Shown one piece after another: positions 1 to 12,599 of a DNA stretch of 64,000 bases. The notes under the pieces are model-generated. The model was given only the letters and a program-made list of their open reading frames with translations. It had not been told where the DNA came from and did no database searches. This DNA comes from Squalus acanthias (Eukaryota): the NCBI GenBank assembly GCA_030390025.1, contig CM059432.1, positions 73,224,001 through 73,288,000 of the forward strand. Direction: 5' to 3'. Numbering within the stretch: position 1 is the first letter of the stretch; every line of letters starts with the position of its first letter. Made by a program: the position numbers and the translations under genes.

Positions 1-265
1 GCACCTCAATGCTGTAGAACACTGACAGCACAAATGTCAAAATAAATTTGGCCATGCTCCCTTTAAGGAAACCAGTTGATGACGCGTCATCAAATGACTT
101 CACCAGACACGCTTCCTCTAATTGGCCGGGAACGCACTGGGCGGGCTTAACAAGCCCCATCAAGGGAAACTCATTTCAAAGACTGGGTTGGAGACAGCAG
201 TGGGGTTGAGACCCGCCACCGATGTTGCCCGCCACGGACCCGCCGAGGGTAGTAAAACCGCAGCC
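1..265. mobile_element. Terminal part of a Harbinger-type non-autonomous element (same family as 49427-50301)
   Basis: Ends with TIR AAAACCGCAGCC. Positions 1-150 are the reverse-complement homolog of about 49540-49692. Confidence 0.7.
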
Positions 266-270
266 AATGT

Positions 271-1577
271 CTCTCATAGAAACATAAAATCATAGAATGG
301 TTACAGCACAGAAGGAGGCCATTCGGCCCATCGAGCCCGTGCCAGCTCTCTGCAAGAGCATTTCAGCTAGTCCCACTCCCCCGCCCTTTCCCCGTGGCCC
401 TGCAAATTTTTTACCTTCAGGTACTTCTCCAATTCCCTTTTGAAAGTTACGATTGAGTCTGCCTCCACCACCTATTCAGGCAGTGCATTCTAGATCATAA
501 CCACTCGCTGCGTAAAAAAGTTTTTCCTCATGTCGCCTTTGGTTCTTTTGCTAATCACCTATTTAAGGCCTTCACATCCTTCCTAAAGTGTGGTGTCCAG
601 AATTGGACATAATACTCCAGTTGAGGCCGAACCAGTGTTTTATAAAGGTTCATCATAACTTCCTCACTTTTGTACTCTATGCCTCTATTTATGAAGCCCA
701 GGATCCCGTATGCTTTTTTAACCGCTTTCTTAACCTGCCCTGCCACCTTCAATGATTTGTGCACATATACCCCCAGTTCTCTCTGCTCACTTGAGCACAT
801 AAAGCTAGGCGGACACTCCAGTGCAGTGCTGAGGGAGCGCCGCACTGTTGGAGGTGCCGTCTTTCAGATGAGACTTTAAACCGAGGCCCCATTTGCTCTC
901 TCAGGTGGACGTAAAAGATCACAAGGCACTATTTCGAGGAAGAGCAGGGGAGTTATCCCCGGTGTCCTGGCCAATATTTATCCCTCAATCCACATAACAA
1001 AAACAGATTATCTGGTCATTGTCACATTGCTGTTTGTGGGAGCTTGCTGTGCGCAAATTGGCTGCCGCGTTTCCCACAGTACAACAGTGACTACAGTCCA
1101 AAAGTACTTCATTGGCTGTAAAGCGTTTTGAGACGTCCGGTGGTCGTGAAAGGCGCTATATAAATGCAAGTCTGTCTTTGTCTTTCTTGCACCCCCCTTT
1201 AGGATTGTATCCTCGTTCTTCCTACCAAAATGTATCATTTTGCACTTCTGTGTTAAATTTCATCTGCCAATTGTCTGCCCATTTCACCAGCCTGTCTGTG
1301 CCTTCTTGAAGTCTATCACTATCCTCCTCACTGTTCACTATACTTCCAAGTTTTGTGTCATCTGCAAATTGTGAAATTGTGCCCTGTACACCCAAGTCCA
1401 AGTCATTAATATATATCAAGAAAAGCAGTGGTCCTAGAACCGACCCCTGTGGAACACCACTGTGTACCTTCCTCCAGTCTGGAAAACAACCGTTCACCAC
1501 TACTCTCTGTTTCCTGTCACTTAGCCAATTTTGTATCCATGCTGCCGCTGTCCCTTTTATTCCTTGGGCTTCAACTC
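271..1577 (-). mobile_element. CR1 LINE 3' RT fragment with internal deletions, split by a SINE
   Basis: Minus ORFs contain GVPQGSVLGPLLFLIYINDL, FADDTKL and LYKTLVRPQLEY. A CR1-type 3' tail lies at 271-340. Confidence 0.9.
789..1186 (+). mobile_element. DeuSINE (SacSINE1-like), 5'-truncated, with L2-type tail
   Basis: Deu-domain-like GGTGCCGTCTTTCAGATGAGAC..AAACCGAGGCCCC..CAGGTGGACGTAAAAGATC and 3' tail AAAGGCGCTATATAAATGCAAGT. Several other copies occur in the window. Confidence 0.8.
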
Positions 1578-1975
1578 TGAAAATCACCACGTATATTAAA
1601 GAAAGAACTTGCATTTATATAATGCCTTTCACAATCTCAGGAATTTCTAAAGCATTTTACAACCAATGGAGTACTTTTGAAGTGTAGTCACTGTTGTAAA
1701 TTAGTTCAGCACTCTAACAATAGTCGTAACACTTGCAAGTCAATGTGACATTCTCTTTATCACATCAAAAAATGTAAAAAGAACTTTCTGAATGCGTGTG
1801 TGTATATGTATAAAACGGCTCAAAGAGTGACATGGATTATTCTAGGACTTAAGCCTATGAGTTATGACATCTGACTTGCAGAACTGAACTTGTTTTCATT
1901 GAGGAAAAGGAGATTGAGGAATAGTCCAGACATAATCCAGACTGGGTGATGCAATAAACTTGGCCTTGCCCTTTA

Positions 1976-2249
1976 GAAACATAGAAACATAGAATCTAGG
2001 AGCAGGAGTAGGCCATTCGGCCCGTCGAGCCTGCTCCACCATTCAATACGATCATGGCTGATCATCCAAATCCAATACCCTATCCCTGCTTTAATCCCCA
2101 CAGTACACATATCCCACCCTACCCCCGTAACCCCACGTATTTAATTCCCCCTAACATATCCCATCCTATCCCCATATATTTAATCCCCCCCTAACACTAA
2201 GGGTCAATTTATCATAGCCAAATCAACCTAACCCGCACATTTTTGGACC
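1976..2249 (-). mobile_element. HE1-like V-SINE fragment with CR1-derived tail
   Basis: Reverse CR1-type tail (AGAAACAT)n..GGAGCAGGAGTAGGCCATTCGGCCC and V-domain-like TAAGGGTCAATTTA..CCAAATCAACCTAACCCGCACAT. Confidence 0.65.
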
Positions 2250-2740
2250 TCTTTAACCTCTAGAAGCTGGGTTCAAATACAGGCTGAACTGATGGGATGA
2301 AAATCTCAAAAAAGGACCCATAGCACAAAATTGCCACTATCTGGCATGAATGGGGGTGGAGTCTCATTGTTATCACATGTTAATATCACACAACTCAAGT
2401 TCCCCTTGTAAATTGATAATCTAATTTAGTGAAGCCACAGTATGACTGGCAAGAGAAATGAAAAGAATGTCACAATGATGTAGTAGGGAGTCTTCCTCTG
2501 AAATTGAGGTTGAAGCACATTGTTGAGGCAGAATAGAGGGAGCTTTACTCTGTATCTATGCCAACCTGAGTGTGCTTGACACTGACACGGGACCCCAACA
2601 TAGAAAGTGTTCCATTCTTCAGCCATGATCTTATTGAATGGCGGAGCAGGCTCGAGGGGCCGATTGGCCTACTCCTGCTCCTATTTCTTATGTTCAGCAC
2701 TAAGATCTTTCACCTTGATGAGCACAAAGTAAATATAAAT
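2250..2740 (+). mobile_element. Degraded LF-SINE-like element
   Basis: B-box-like GGGTTCAAATAC, then GGTTGAAGCACATTG..GGCAG..GGAGCTT and terminal GAGCAC motifs resembling the LF-SINE consensus as I recall it. A short CR1 tail interrupts it at about 2615-2695. Confidence 0.4.
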
Positions 2741-3185
2741 GAGGCCTGAGGTACAGATGATATAGATATAGGATACTATTTGACTTAGGCTGTCAGTGCA
2801 GAAATAGAGGGCATGGGTCTGATACTAATAAGCCTCAAGTAAAACTAGAGATTAAAAGAACCTTTCAGCCACATTGTAATCTTTATGTGGGACAGTGTCC
2901 TGGCAAAAGCAGTTGGGACTAATTCTTTAAAAGGAGCTGCATAAATATCTGTTTGGGAATGGGACTGGAGGCATAAGGACAGGTATGGATTGAGGCCACA
3001 GTGCTTTTTTGCTGTTGAGGCTGGATGGAATGAAGTCTTTTTTTATTGAAACTGTAGAGGGAGGGAGGCCACAGTTGAATGATGGAGATTTGAGGATGGA
3101 TGAATAATCTAGGATTTTTCTGGATTACCTTTAATTTTCAAGAACTGTTTATCCAGAACTTTCCTTCCATAGATTAAATAAGTCT

Positions 3186-3397
3186 TGATGTGGAGATGCC
3201 GGTGTTGGACTGGGGTGGACAAAAATGAGAAGTCGCACAACACCAGGTTATAGTCCAACAGATTTATTTAATTTTACAAGCTTTCGGAGCTGTTCGCTCC
3301 TTCTTCAGGTCCTGAAGAAGGAGCGAACAGCTCCGAAAGCTTGTAAAATTAAATAAATCTGTTGGACTATAACCTGGTGTTGTGCGACTTCTCATTT
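3186..3397. mobile_element. Penelope-like pLTR remnant forming a perfect palindrome
   Basis: Identical 87-bp inverted arms at 3223-3309 and 3311-3397. Flanking direct repeat AAATAAGTCT at 3176-3185 and 3398-3407. Contains a hammerhead core. Confidence 0.8.
3311..3343 (+). ncRNA. Minimal hammerhead ribozyme motif (mirrored on the minus strand)
   Basis: CTGAAGA 3312-3318, stem II GGAGC/GCTCC, GAAA 3335-3338, palindromic AAGCTT. Stem I is largely lost at the inversion point. Confidence 0.55.
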
Positions 3398-3494
3398 AAA
3401 TAAGTCTGATAGAGTCTTTGACAGGGTAGACTGTAGGAGTAGCAGGTTTGATGGGCCAAATTATCTATTCTCATCCTATAGTTACTTTGACCAA

Positions 3495-3950
3495 CAGCAA
3501 CAACTTGCCTTTACATAATGCCTTTAATGTAGAGAAACAACCAAACATGCTTCAAAGCGGTGTGAGGAAAAATAGATGCTGAGCCCAAGAAGGAGAGACT
3601 AGGAGAGGTGACCAAAAGCACTTTACTGAGCTGGTTTTTAAGGAGGACCTTAAAGGAGGAGAGGGAGGTTGAGGGGTTTAGGAATGGACCTCCAGAAAAA
3701 GGAACCTAGGTGGGTGAAGACAGATGCCATGGTAAGGATGGGGAGATAAACAAGAGACCAGAGTCAGGGGACTATAGATTTTGGGGGGAGTGGGGTGTTG
3801 TAGAGCTGGAGGAGGTTACAGAGATAGGGAGGCATAAGACCATGGAGGAATATAAACACAAGGATGACTTTTTAAAATTTGAAGCATCAAGGGACCAAAA
3901 GCCAATGTGGGTTGGCTTATATCAGGCAGGAGGAGATTGGTGTTAGTGGC
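3495..3950 (-). mobile_element. Old L2 LINE 3' fragment
   Basis: Homologous to the L2 3' end at 30355-30800 (CAACAACTTG..., GGTGACCAAAAGC, TTTTAAGGAG). Confidence 0.65.
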
Positions 3951-4424
3951 TGTGTAATGAGCTGATGTACAGAGAGGTGCTGCCATGAGGCTGACTTCCT
4001 TTCAAGGATGCTGAATCAGCAGGTCAGTGCAGTAGAGGCCCATGATGTAACCAAAAAGGAATAAGTTGGCTCTCATACTCCTGTAGAATGCATCGGACAG
4101 ATTGTGGCTTTATTTAAGATTGCCAAACATTGTAAGGCTCCGATGAAATCCACTTACATTGCTTTCATTGATTTTCATAAGACTTTTAACCTAGTGCTTC
4201 ATGTAGTTTTATGAAGAAGCTGGAAGCTATGTGCATACATGGCCCATGTATACTCCAGCTCGAATAAATTTAGATGATGTCGGAAACTACAGAAGCAAAA
4301 CATACCCAAAGTCAGTGATTATCCTATGTAAAGCATTCTGTAAAACATCCTACTTTCTGGGAATAGTTGTTGACAAACTAAAGCTCCAACAGGAGTTGAA
4401 CCTATTTTATCCATAGCAAACTTA

Positions 4425-4512
4425 CAATGGGTTTTGAAGGGTCTGTAACTTGTCTGTTCTCCCTACAGAGGCTGCCTGACATGCTGAGTGTTTCCAGCAT
4501 TTTCTGTTTTTG
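4425..4512 (+). mobile_element. Penelope-like short remnant
   Basis: GCTGCCTGACATGCTGAGTGTTTCCAGCATTTTCTGTTT is the reverse-complement homolog of 61757-61800. Confidence 0.55.
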
Positions 4513-4962
4513 TATCAAATTTACAGGTGATTTGCCTATAAATTGAGTTATTCTGGCAGCTGACATATTCTGCAAGTCTTTATTTTGTGTTACCTCAATC
4601 TGAACTGTGATTCCCAATTTAGTGAGCATTGTTTCATATTTAGAACATGGGCATTATGGGTGTGTTACCCTGATGTAAACAGTCTTTATTTTTTACTTCA
4701 GTCTTTCCCAAGCATAACTAGTATAATCCTCTCAACACTTAATTTTAATGTGAAAATTTCACCTTTATGAAATCGCATTTGAAATCTGGATAACTAATTT
4801 TACTACATTACATATATTTCACTTAATGGTTAAGCAGTTCTTCTAGCACAGAACATATGTCTACATTTCCCTATACTGCATCCTTAGGGCTGCGATCCAT
4901 GCATTTAATTCATAATATATATACATTTACATAAAATCTGGTGTATAAATTTTGTTTCGTTA

Positions 4963-5292
4963 TCTACTGAGATCATTGAAATGTTTGCGGCACTGCACCC
5001 AGGTCCTCCTGACCACATCCCTGCTTATGCCCTCCTCTGCAATGTGCAACTAGGCTGTGTTGATCTCCTGGGGAGGTCTCTTCCGCTCATGGGAAGGGAA
5101 GAGGACCTCCCTGCATGCTGTGACTCCCTCCATAAGGACATGGAGGGAGTCATGGGAGAGCCTGGGTGCAGCCCTGCACCTCTGTACTGTGCTGGTCAGT
5201 GTTTGCAGCATAAAATTCATTTCAGAGCAGGCTGGAGCCAGCAGCGGGGTCGTACCCTGGCCGCACCGGACCCGGTAGGCAAAATTGCAGCC
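4963..5292. mobile_element. Harbinger end fragment retaining a Myb/SANT exon remnant
   Basis: The minus strand reads RAAPRLSHDSLHVLMEGV..EVLFP..LHIAEE..RTWVQCRKHFNDL, homologous to the Myb exon at 59153-59374. Terminal AAAATTGCAGCC. Confidence 0.7.
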
Positions 5293-6035
5293 ATTGTAAA
5301 CACAATTTCTATTTCCTTCACTTCTCTCTCTTCTGCATTACCTGTGTCTCTCTATTTTTCTCTCTCTTTCTTCGTCCTCAGGCAATTTCTCGTTCACTTC
5401 TGTCTCTCCAATAGTGTTTTTCTTTCTTTTTTTTTAAACTTTCCCTTTTTTCTTATCTTTTCTTAAACTTCTATCTTCACCAAAGGCAGGAAATTTAGAA
5501 TTGTACATATTCGAGCTTACTCACTCAGATTACAGATTCCCAGGACAGAGCCATACATTAGTGAGCTGATCATTAAGAATTAAAGATACCTCTGAAAAAC
5601 CTGCTGGCAAAACTAGCTGATTTTCCAGTGGAGAATAAAAATAACAGTCAGACAGGCAGCGCTGCTGGTTTTCACAGCAACAGCAAGTAGGTTGACATCT
5701 GCCTCCCATTTCCAGCAGCGTTACTCTCCCTTTCCACCTGGCAGCTGCAGCACTGGGACTTCCTGAATTAGGTTCCAACTGGAGGGGGAGAGTAAGGCTA
5801 CTGGGCGCAGGAGGCATGTATCGGCCTACCATGCTTCCACTGTGAAAGGTGGCAGCACTGTCTGATTGTTATTGTTATTCTCCACTAGTAGATCAGCTGT
5901 TTCTTTCAAAGGGCCATTCAAAGCAGGCGAGCGGTTGGACAGCCCTGACCTGGAGTGTTGGGAGGCTACATAAAAGACAAGTCTGAACCTGACATCCACA
6001 CACCTGCTGTCCAAGCAGACATTGTTAGATACCTT

Positions 6036-6856
6036 GGGCGCGATCTTGCCAGCACTGGGGAGGCGGGTATGGAGGCGGGACTGCCGGGAAAATGGCAGAA
6101 TTTGGGGGCGGGTGCCCAGCCCGCCTCCATGCCATCTTCCCAGGTGGCGGGTAGCCGTCCCGCACCGGGTCCCGTCTCCTTGGAGGCGGGAAGGCATTAA
6201 AGCCAATTAACTGCCTGTTAACAGGTACTTAACAGACAGAAAATAGGATTATCCCCTTTTTGCCCTCAAGTGCGGGCTTCCCGAAGGCTCCGAAACCCGC
6301 CAGGTCAGCGAGGCGAGTAGTGGGTCTGGGGGGTGCAAAAGTGTGCTGTGAAGGTCAGTGATGGGTGCAAGTGTGGAGAGGTGAGTATCTGAGGTAAGTG
6401 CAAAGTGTTAGTAAAAGTGTACTTACCTTTGTTTCTTCCTGCAGGCTTCAGTCGGTGTGTATGCGGAGAGTCTCGCACCTCTGTGTTGGAGATGACAGAT
6501 GGCCGTTGCATTCTCCAATGCAGCAACCATCTCATTTCTGCAAAAGAAAGAAGTTTGATGAGGTCTTGGATTCAAGACCTCATCAAACTACAGAGAATGT
6601 CGGTGTTTGATAGCTTCACAGAGCTGTCAAACGATGACAATTCATCTGTCAAAAGTTTTTGACAGATGAAACATCATACGTCGACGTTCTCTGCAACCGG
6701 CTTTCCCTTAATTGGTTTGCTAAGCCCGCTGGGCGGGCTTAACAAGGTCAATCAAGGGAAAATAGCGTGGGTTGGCCAGAAGTTGATGGAGGCGGGCTGA
6801 AACCCGACAAGTGGGAGTCCCGCCTCCAAAAGCTCCCCATTGGCAAAATCACTCCC
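6036..6856. mobile_element. ~820-bp Harbinger-type MITE, family A copy 1
   Basis: TIRs GGGCGCGATCTTGCCA / TGGCAAAATCACTCCC and high similarity to 15433-16249 and 36211-37046. No clean TSD. It sits inside a decayed AmnSINE2-like SINE. Confidence 0.85.
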
Positions 6857-9800
6857 CAGTTTTCCTCCACATAGCCGAGAATGGCTGAGGCCGATCTTAG
6901 CGCTCCAATTACTGCTCCAATTTGATCAGCTAATTCAGCAGATTGGAAATCAAAAGCAAGTCTATAGTTGCAAATTATTTTTCATCCAAACCTATGATTT
7001 TTCCCCTGCTCTCTGACTATAAATAAACTGCAACAACTCTGCAAAAGGCTATTTAGACAAAATAAAATTGTAAACACTTTTGTGGATTACAATTGTTCCG
7101 AAAATCAGCTGCTAGTTGAGCCAAGTTTAAAAAAAAGTGTTGTTCCCTGGTATATTGCCCTTATCCAAACAGAAACAGAAAGTAAACTCTGTAGTGTTAT
7201 AAATATAAACCAAAATGTTTCTGCACTGTAATTCTTTTAAAAGGTTAGTACTACTATATTTCCATTCAGGTTAGGGTTATATGAAGACATTATTCACTTT
7301 CACTACTTATTATTGAACTAATGCTCATTGAATAAATTATAACAGGCAATTTCTAACATTCTCAAGAGCTGCCTGTCTTAATCTGGTATGTTAATTGTGC
7401 TAATCTATCAAAACTGCTGAACTCTTGATGAGAAATAATTTTCAGAAAGCAAACTGTTTCCTTTGACTTCCACCTACCAAGAAAGCTACCTTTTACTACA
7501 GTGTGCCTAAGTGTTTCAGTTGAAAATTATGGCATTTGACGGAAACCATATTCTGCATAAAAATTATTTTGATTCTATTAATAACCAATCCAGCTCAGAA
7601 TGAATAAAGATAACATGCCACATGGAAGTACCAATCCCACAGATCTTAAGGACGTTCCATTATCAGAAAGCTACAGTTGAAACTCCTGTCCAGCCACACT
7701 GACAAAATGCATCCTGTCTACTCCTTAAAAATATGCTGTGGTACCATATGTTTTCATAAGTGTACTACACAGTGAATTCTATTTCTGAAAAGTTATATGA
7801 AATTACATTTAACGGACTCAAAACCTTAAATATTTTCCGACTACATAAATAAATTTCTTGATAGTTGAAAATGTCTAGTTTGTGGTAAGAAAAACTTTTA
7901 GCAACAGTGCTTTACTCTTAGGTATCCTTTGTCAACTAAGTCTTTTTTTAAAACATGCAAAACTCAATGTTAATTTTTTTTATTTCAGTTTACAGATATT
8001 TATTGATGTAATGTAATTTCAGTAGACAGTAATGGGAATTTATTAAATCCAAATGTTCTCTGGAGACAACTCTACAATCTCACGGATTACAAATAAAACC
8101 ACTCTGGGTGAAAGTAGAATATTAGCACTACTCAAACGCCGTTATTGCTTGCATTTTTTTACTTGGTGTCCACTTTCTAAAAAAATAAAGAGCTCTGTAT
8201 AAATAAAGTAAAATAAAGGACCCATTCTAATGGTAATTTGGATTGAGGTAGCATGCATACGATTCCAAGTTTCTAAAGGGGCCCACTTCAAGGGGCTTTC
8301 ACATAGATCAAAATAGCCTGGAGCTTAACATCTCATCTACTTAATGTCAAACAAAGTACTTATAGTGAACAAGTTTATTTTCATCTCAACATCAAAATTG
8401 TACTACTCCACATTGCTAATTTTAAAGTTGTTGTTTCATTTTCCTGCCTTCTATTAAAATCATTACAATATTTTATTCCTCTAAAACCGTTATTGAAAAT
8501 GCCTGATTCGCCCTTTTTTCTAAATCATCTGCTCAGAGATCACTGACTAGTAGTCATTTCTGAATTAACACAGGTAACCTGAAGATGGTAAATAGATCAA
8601 TGGGGAACAGCATACTGTACTGTATAAAGTACCTAAATGTAACATAGCTCACTGTTGCATGCAACAATTCAAATTACCAATCAAGATATTGGTTTTGCTC
8701 TTTGCTTTGAGTCTTTTCCTGAATATTAAGTGAGAAATAGGTGGTACCTATCTCAAAAACACTGGCAGACAACTACAGTACCAGAATATACATACTCAAG
8801 TGCATTACCATGACCATTACACAGTTTTGTTTCTTTTCCTTGTGTCACTTGCATATATTTACTTCCTTTTATTAACACTACTGCAGGAGTATTAGTTTTT
8901 TCGGAATGATTGCTTGCTTTACACAGTGCATTTAAACTGTTTGCTTGGGGGAAGGTCATTCAGTGGTTGGATGTGAGAAACGTTACAGAATGTTTGACTT
9001 TCACTGCCTATTGCCAGAGCTGATAGGCACATTGTGCCTTCAACTCTGAAATAGCCCCCGCCCCCACAGCTATAAAGGAACATCTACATTTGAATTGCAG
9101 TTAGAAGCAATGAAATCAAACTGAAAAACAGAATTGTTGGATGACTGTTTTTACATGTTTTAAGTCAACTGTGACTGGCATGAGCAGCCTATTCTTTTTA
9201 TCGGTATAACACAAGATCACTAATGATGATCAATGGGTTATTTCTGACTTACAAAAGGACATTACCTGTTCCAGCACACTGTTATAAGGCAGCAATGCAT
9301 GGACATTGTAGATAACAAGCTTATAATAGGAATTATAATAATGCTGTAAGACAAATTATGAGGATTTTACAAACTTAAAATCCTACTACCGTAGATGGTG
9401 CACAGTTTGAGTGGTAAATATCTGCCTTTCTATTGAATAGGAACATTATTCAAGGAGAGGCAAAAGAATACCTCATGGCTATATGAAATGAAGTCACAAA
9501 TTAGTTCTGAAAGTCAGGTAGATCCAGTTTTTGAAGTATACATTGCATATGTTATGAATTCTTGTCAATATTCAACTTTTGAAAAAAAAATATTTATTTA
9601 GGTACAGATTATTTTCTCAGATGGTCAAAATTAGAACCCAGTAAACGTTTTGTTTAGTTAATTGTGGCAGGAGTGGCATGTGCTTCATAGGGAGATTCTG
9701 GCTGACTTTGTGGAGATGCATGTTATTACAAAGAGGTTAGAAGAAATGTGAGACAGACACTCCTTAGATCCAGTGGGGCCTAGGGAGGCTTCAAAGTAGT

Positions 9801-11069
9801 GGTTCAGAGCTGATGTATTGGACCTGGAAGAGCTAAAAGCAGTGTTTGAGAGAAATGTTGGGTGGAATCATTGCGCAAGGCTGAAAGAGAAGGGCTTGGC
9901 TCAAACTGTTTAAATGGTAAGACACCCCAGAATAAACAGATGAAAAGACCTGTACAGGAACACAGAGTCTGGAAGGTAAGTACTGAAGCACTGCCTGGAA
10001 CAGATAGATGACAAAAGGTACAAGTGAGAGATTATAAACTTCTAAAAGTTGAAAACAGGTGAACAGAACGCTGTAGGATCACTGAGAAAGCCTAGAAGAC
10101 ATGTCCTAGGGATAATTCATGATAAGTGAGGCTAGAAGAAATGGGCAGATAGAACTAGAAAGAGAGGGTAGAAGAGCACCCATGGCAGTTGAAGTGCCAT
10201 ATCGATCTGACAATAAACCCTACAAGAGGTTGATGAGACACACTAGCAGACACTTGGAGCAGTGTGAAATTGACCAAAGAAGATGAAGTGACAAGCAGAA
10301 GGTGCTCCATGCAATCCATGAGAGTGGAAGGCATTGCATGGGACAAAATGAAAGGGGATGGAAAGAACTGATGAAGAGGCAAGCAGCAAGACAGGAATGA
10401 TGAGAGATACTCTGTTAAACTATGAGGAGAGGCTGAAAGAGAGCAGCAAAGCACTGCATGAAATTTGGAGACCCGCCTCAAAAGTAGAAAAATTAACTGA
10501 AAAGACTGCACTGATTAAGTTAAATTTATTATTTTTAATATGAATTTTAGGATGCACTGTAATTTTTATGATTCCAGGTCTAGGTTGGATGTAGTGAACT
10601 GAAGGAGAGAATTAAATTTGTCTGCTATGAAATTAATTAAGCTGATACCACATCTTAATTAATCTCATGCTGATAAAACGTTATACAGTTTGAAGTACTG
10701 CGATAATAACAGATCTTACAATATTCAACAGGTGGAGTTCCATAGGTCTCACAACCACATCCGTCATTCAAAGAACACTCTGGTAAGCCAATCCTGTCAA
10801 ACTTGCATACTAAACCATCAACATATGTTTTTGTTTGCCTACCATAAGCCATTATTAAAATCAATCAAACTGCTTTCTATAAATTTGTAAAGCCTCCTAA
10901 GTGCTCATTTATCTCTCAACGTTCTGAGTACTTATTTCAAAATCTTCACGGATATCTCTTAGAAATATTACACTGTTTGTTTACAAGTATGTCCTTAGTG
11001 TTTCAGAAACCCTCTTAAAATAAATAGCAGAAAATGGACAAAAAAACAAAATCATTGCCTTTTGCTGCT

Positions 11070-11440
11070 TAGGATAGAGTGTTGCTAAGCTATACATATC
11101 AGGAAAGCTCCAAATTTGATCTAAGTTTGTGCCGTGGTAGCTGATCTAATCTGAGTAATGATAAGGCTACTAAACTTGGCAATGCCACCTCTGGACTAAG
11201 GATGCTTTGATATTCTGATCGCTATTCAGTGGCCCCTGCTGCTATTGTGGGTGTCAGGTGAGGACAGATTTGGGCTGAGGTTTGTTGCCCCTTGTGGTAG
11301 AGTAGCCTGCTGATCCTCACTGTTCAATGGGTTGAAAAATTTAAGTTACACACTTGTGCGAGGTAGTGGAGGGCATCCACGACCCATAGAACCATATCCC
11401 TTCAGAGAGGATGAGTGGAGGGAAGAATATTGGTTAAATA
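11070..11440 (+). mobile_element. Ancient tRNA-SINE, AmnSINE2-like
   Basis: Motifs TAGCTGATCT, CTGATCGCTATTCAGTGGCCCCTGCTG, GGTGAGGACAG and TAGCCTGCTGA..CTCACTGT are shared with 53400-53812 and, reversed, with the flanks of 6036-6856. Confidence 0.5.
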
Positions 11441-12599
11441 AAGGAATAAAATGAAGACAATACAGTACAGTTAGCAAAACTGAGATATACAAAGCTTTAC
11501 ATTTTTAACCACTGGTTTAAAATGGTGAAGAAAATTGATTTAATTTCATTTGGAATTATTACTTAAATTCTCTGTAACAATGGTCTGCAGACCTCCCAAC
11601 TACTATTTCAAAAATCAATCTGAGGTATTTTTCATTTCAAACACCAGCAACAGTATAGGTCTAAATATGCAGCAACTGCAGCCAAGTAAACTAGCACAGG
11701 TCAAAAGATCAAATCTAAAAATGAGATCACTAAATTTTCACAGCGTGATGGTTAAGTAATAAATAATGTGTTCCCATTCAGTACCAACATTAAGTCTTTT
11801 ATGTGGCCTGAAGGCACAATCTTTTGGCTGTGACCATTAAATGTAACCATAGTAACGGGCACATTTATTTCTTGGATTAGTGCACCACTGAAAATATTAA
11901 CGTAATACACTAAATGGGGATTTAACATAATCTGTTGATGGTAGGATGAAGTTTTAAAAGGTCCAATGTCCTTTCAATTGAGTAAATATTATACATCTTC
12001 AGAAAGTAGCCTGTTTCCAAGTGGCGAGATCTATTAAATAACCAACCAGCCATTTTACGCTCTATTGCAATTTGGTCTTCGTGAAACAAAATGAATGTGT
12101 GCAAATCTCTCTGCAGCAACTACCAGACATCCACCTCAAGTTTTAAAACTGTTTCACTTCATTTATAATGCAGTATAAAGCACAGTTAATAGTATAAGAA
12201 ACACATGTTTTAAAGGATATAAAGAAATGGGATTTTTTCCACATCAAGCACAGCCCTTTCAAAATATTTCAGTCATAAAGAACTTAAATAACAGAGCAAA
12301 GGTTCAACAACTAAATTAAATTATATAAAACTTTAATGTCCAATAATTATTGTATTTTTAACTGTGGAGAATATTTAATTTATTTTAACATTGGAATCTT
12401 CTGTGCGACGAATGTGCAGGTTCCTATTACTATAATATTAAAATTATGAGTTATCGCAACATTACTTAATGTAATTTAATTAAATCCACTTTGTTACCTT
12501 TGAACAAATGCAAATCATTGCTCTTAAATGTTAAGTTCCTGAAGCAACTCATGCTTTATGCTGCATAAGGACTATTAAAGCTTTTATTTAGTAGTTTTT

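Noticed and set aside
6405..6662. Recurrent 85-aa ORF in three copies (also 15799-16056 and 36406-36663) as a small gene family
   Set aside because: It is internal to MITE family A, starts at a non-ATG codon and has no recognisable domain. Recurrence is explained by copy similarity. A dN/dS test across copies could reopen the question.
9700..10500. Purine-rich stretch as a coding exon
   Set aside because: Multiple stops and no recognisable splice context. It may be a very old LINE remnant, but the evidence is too weak to annotate.
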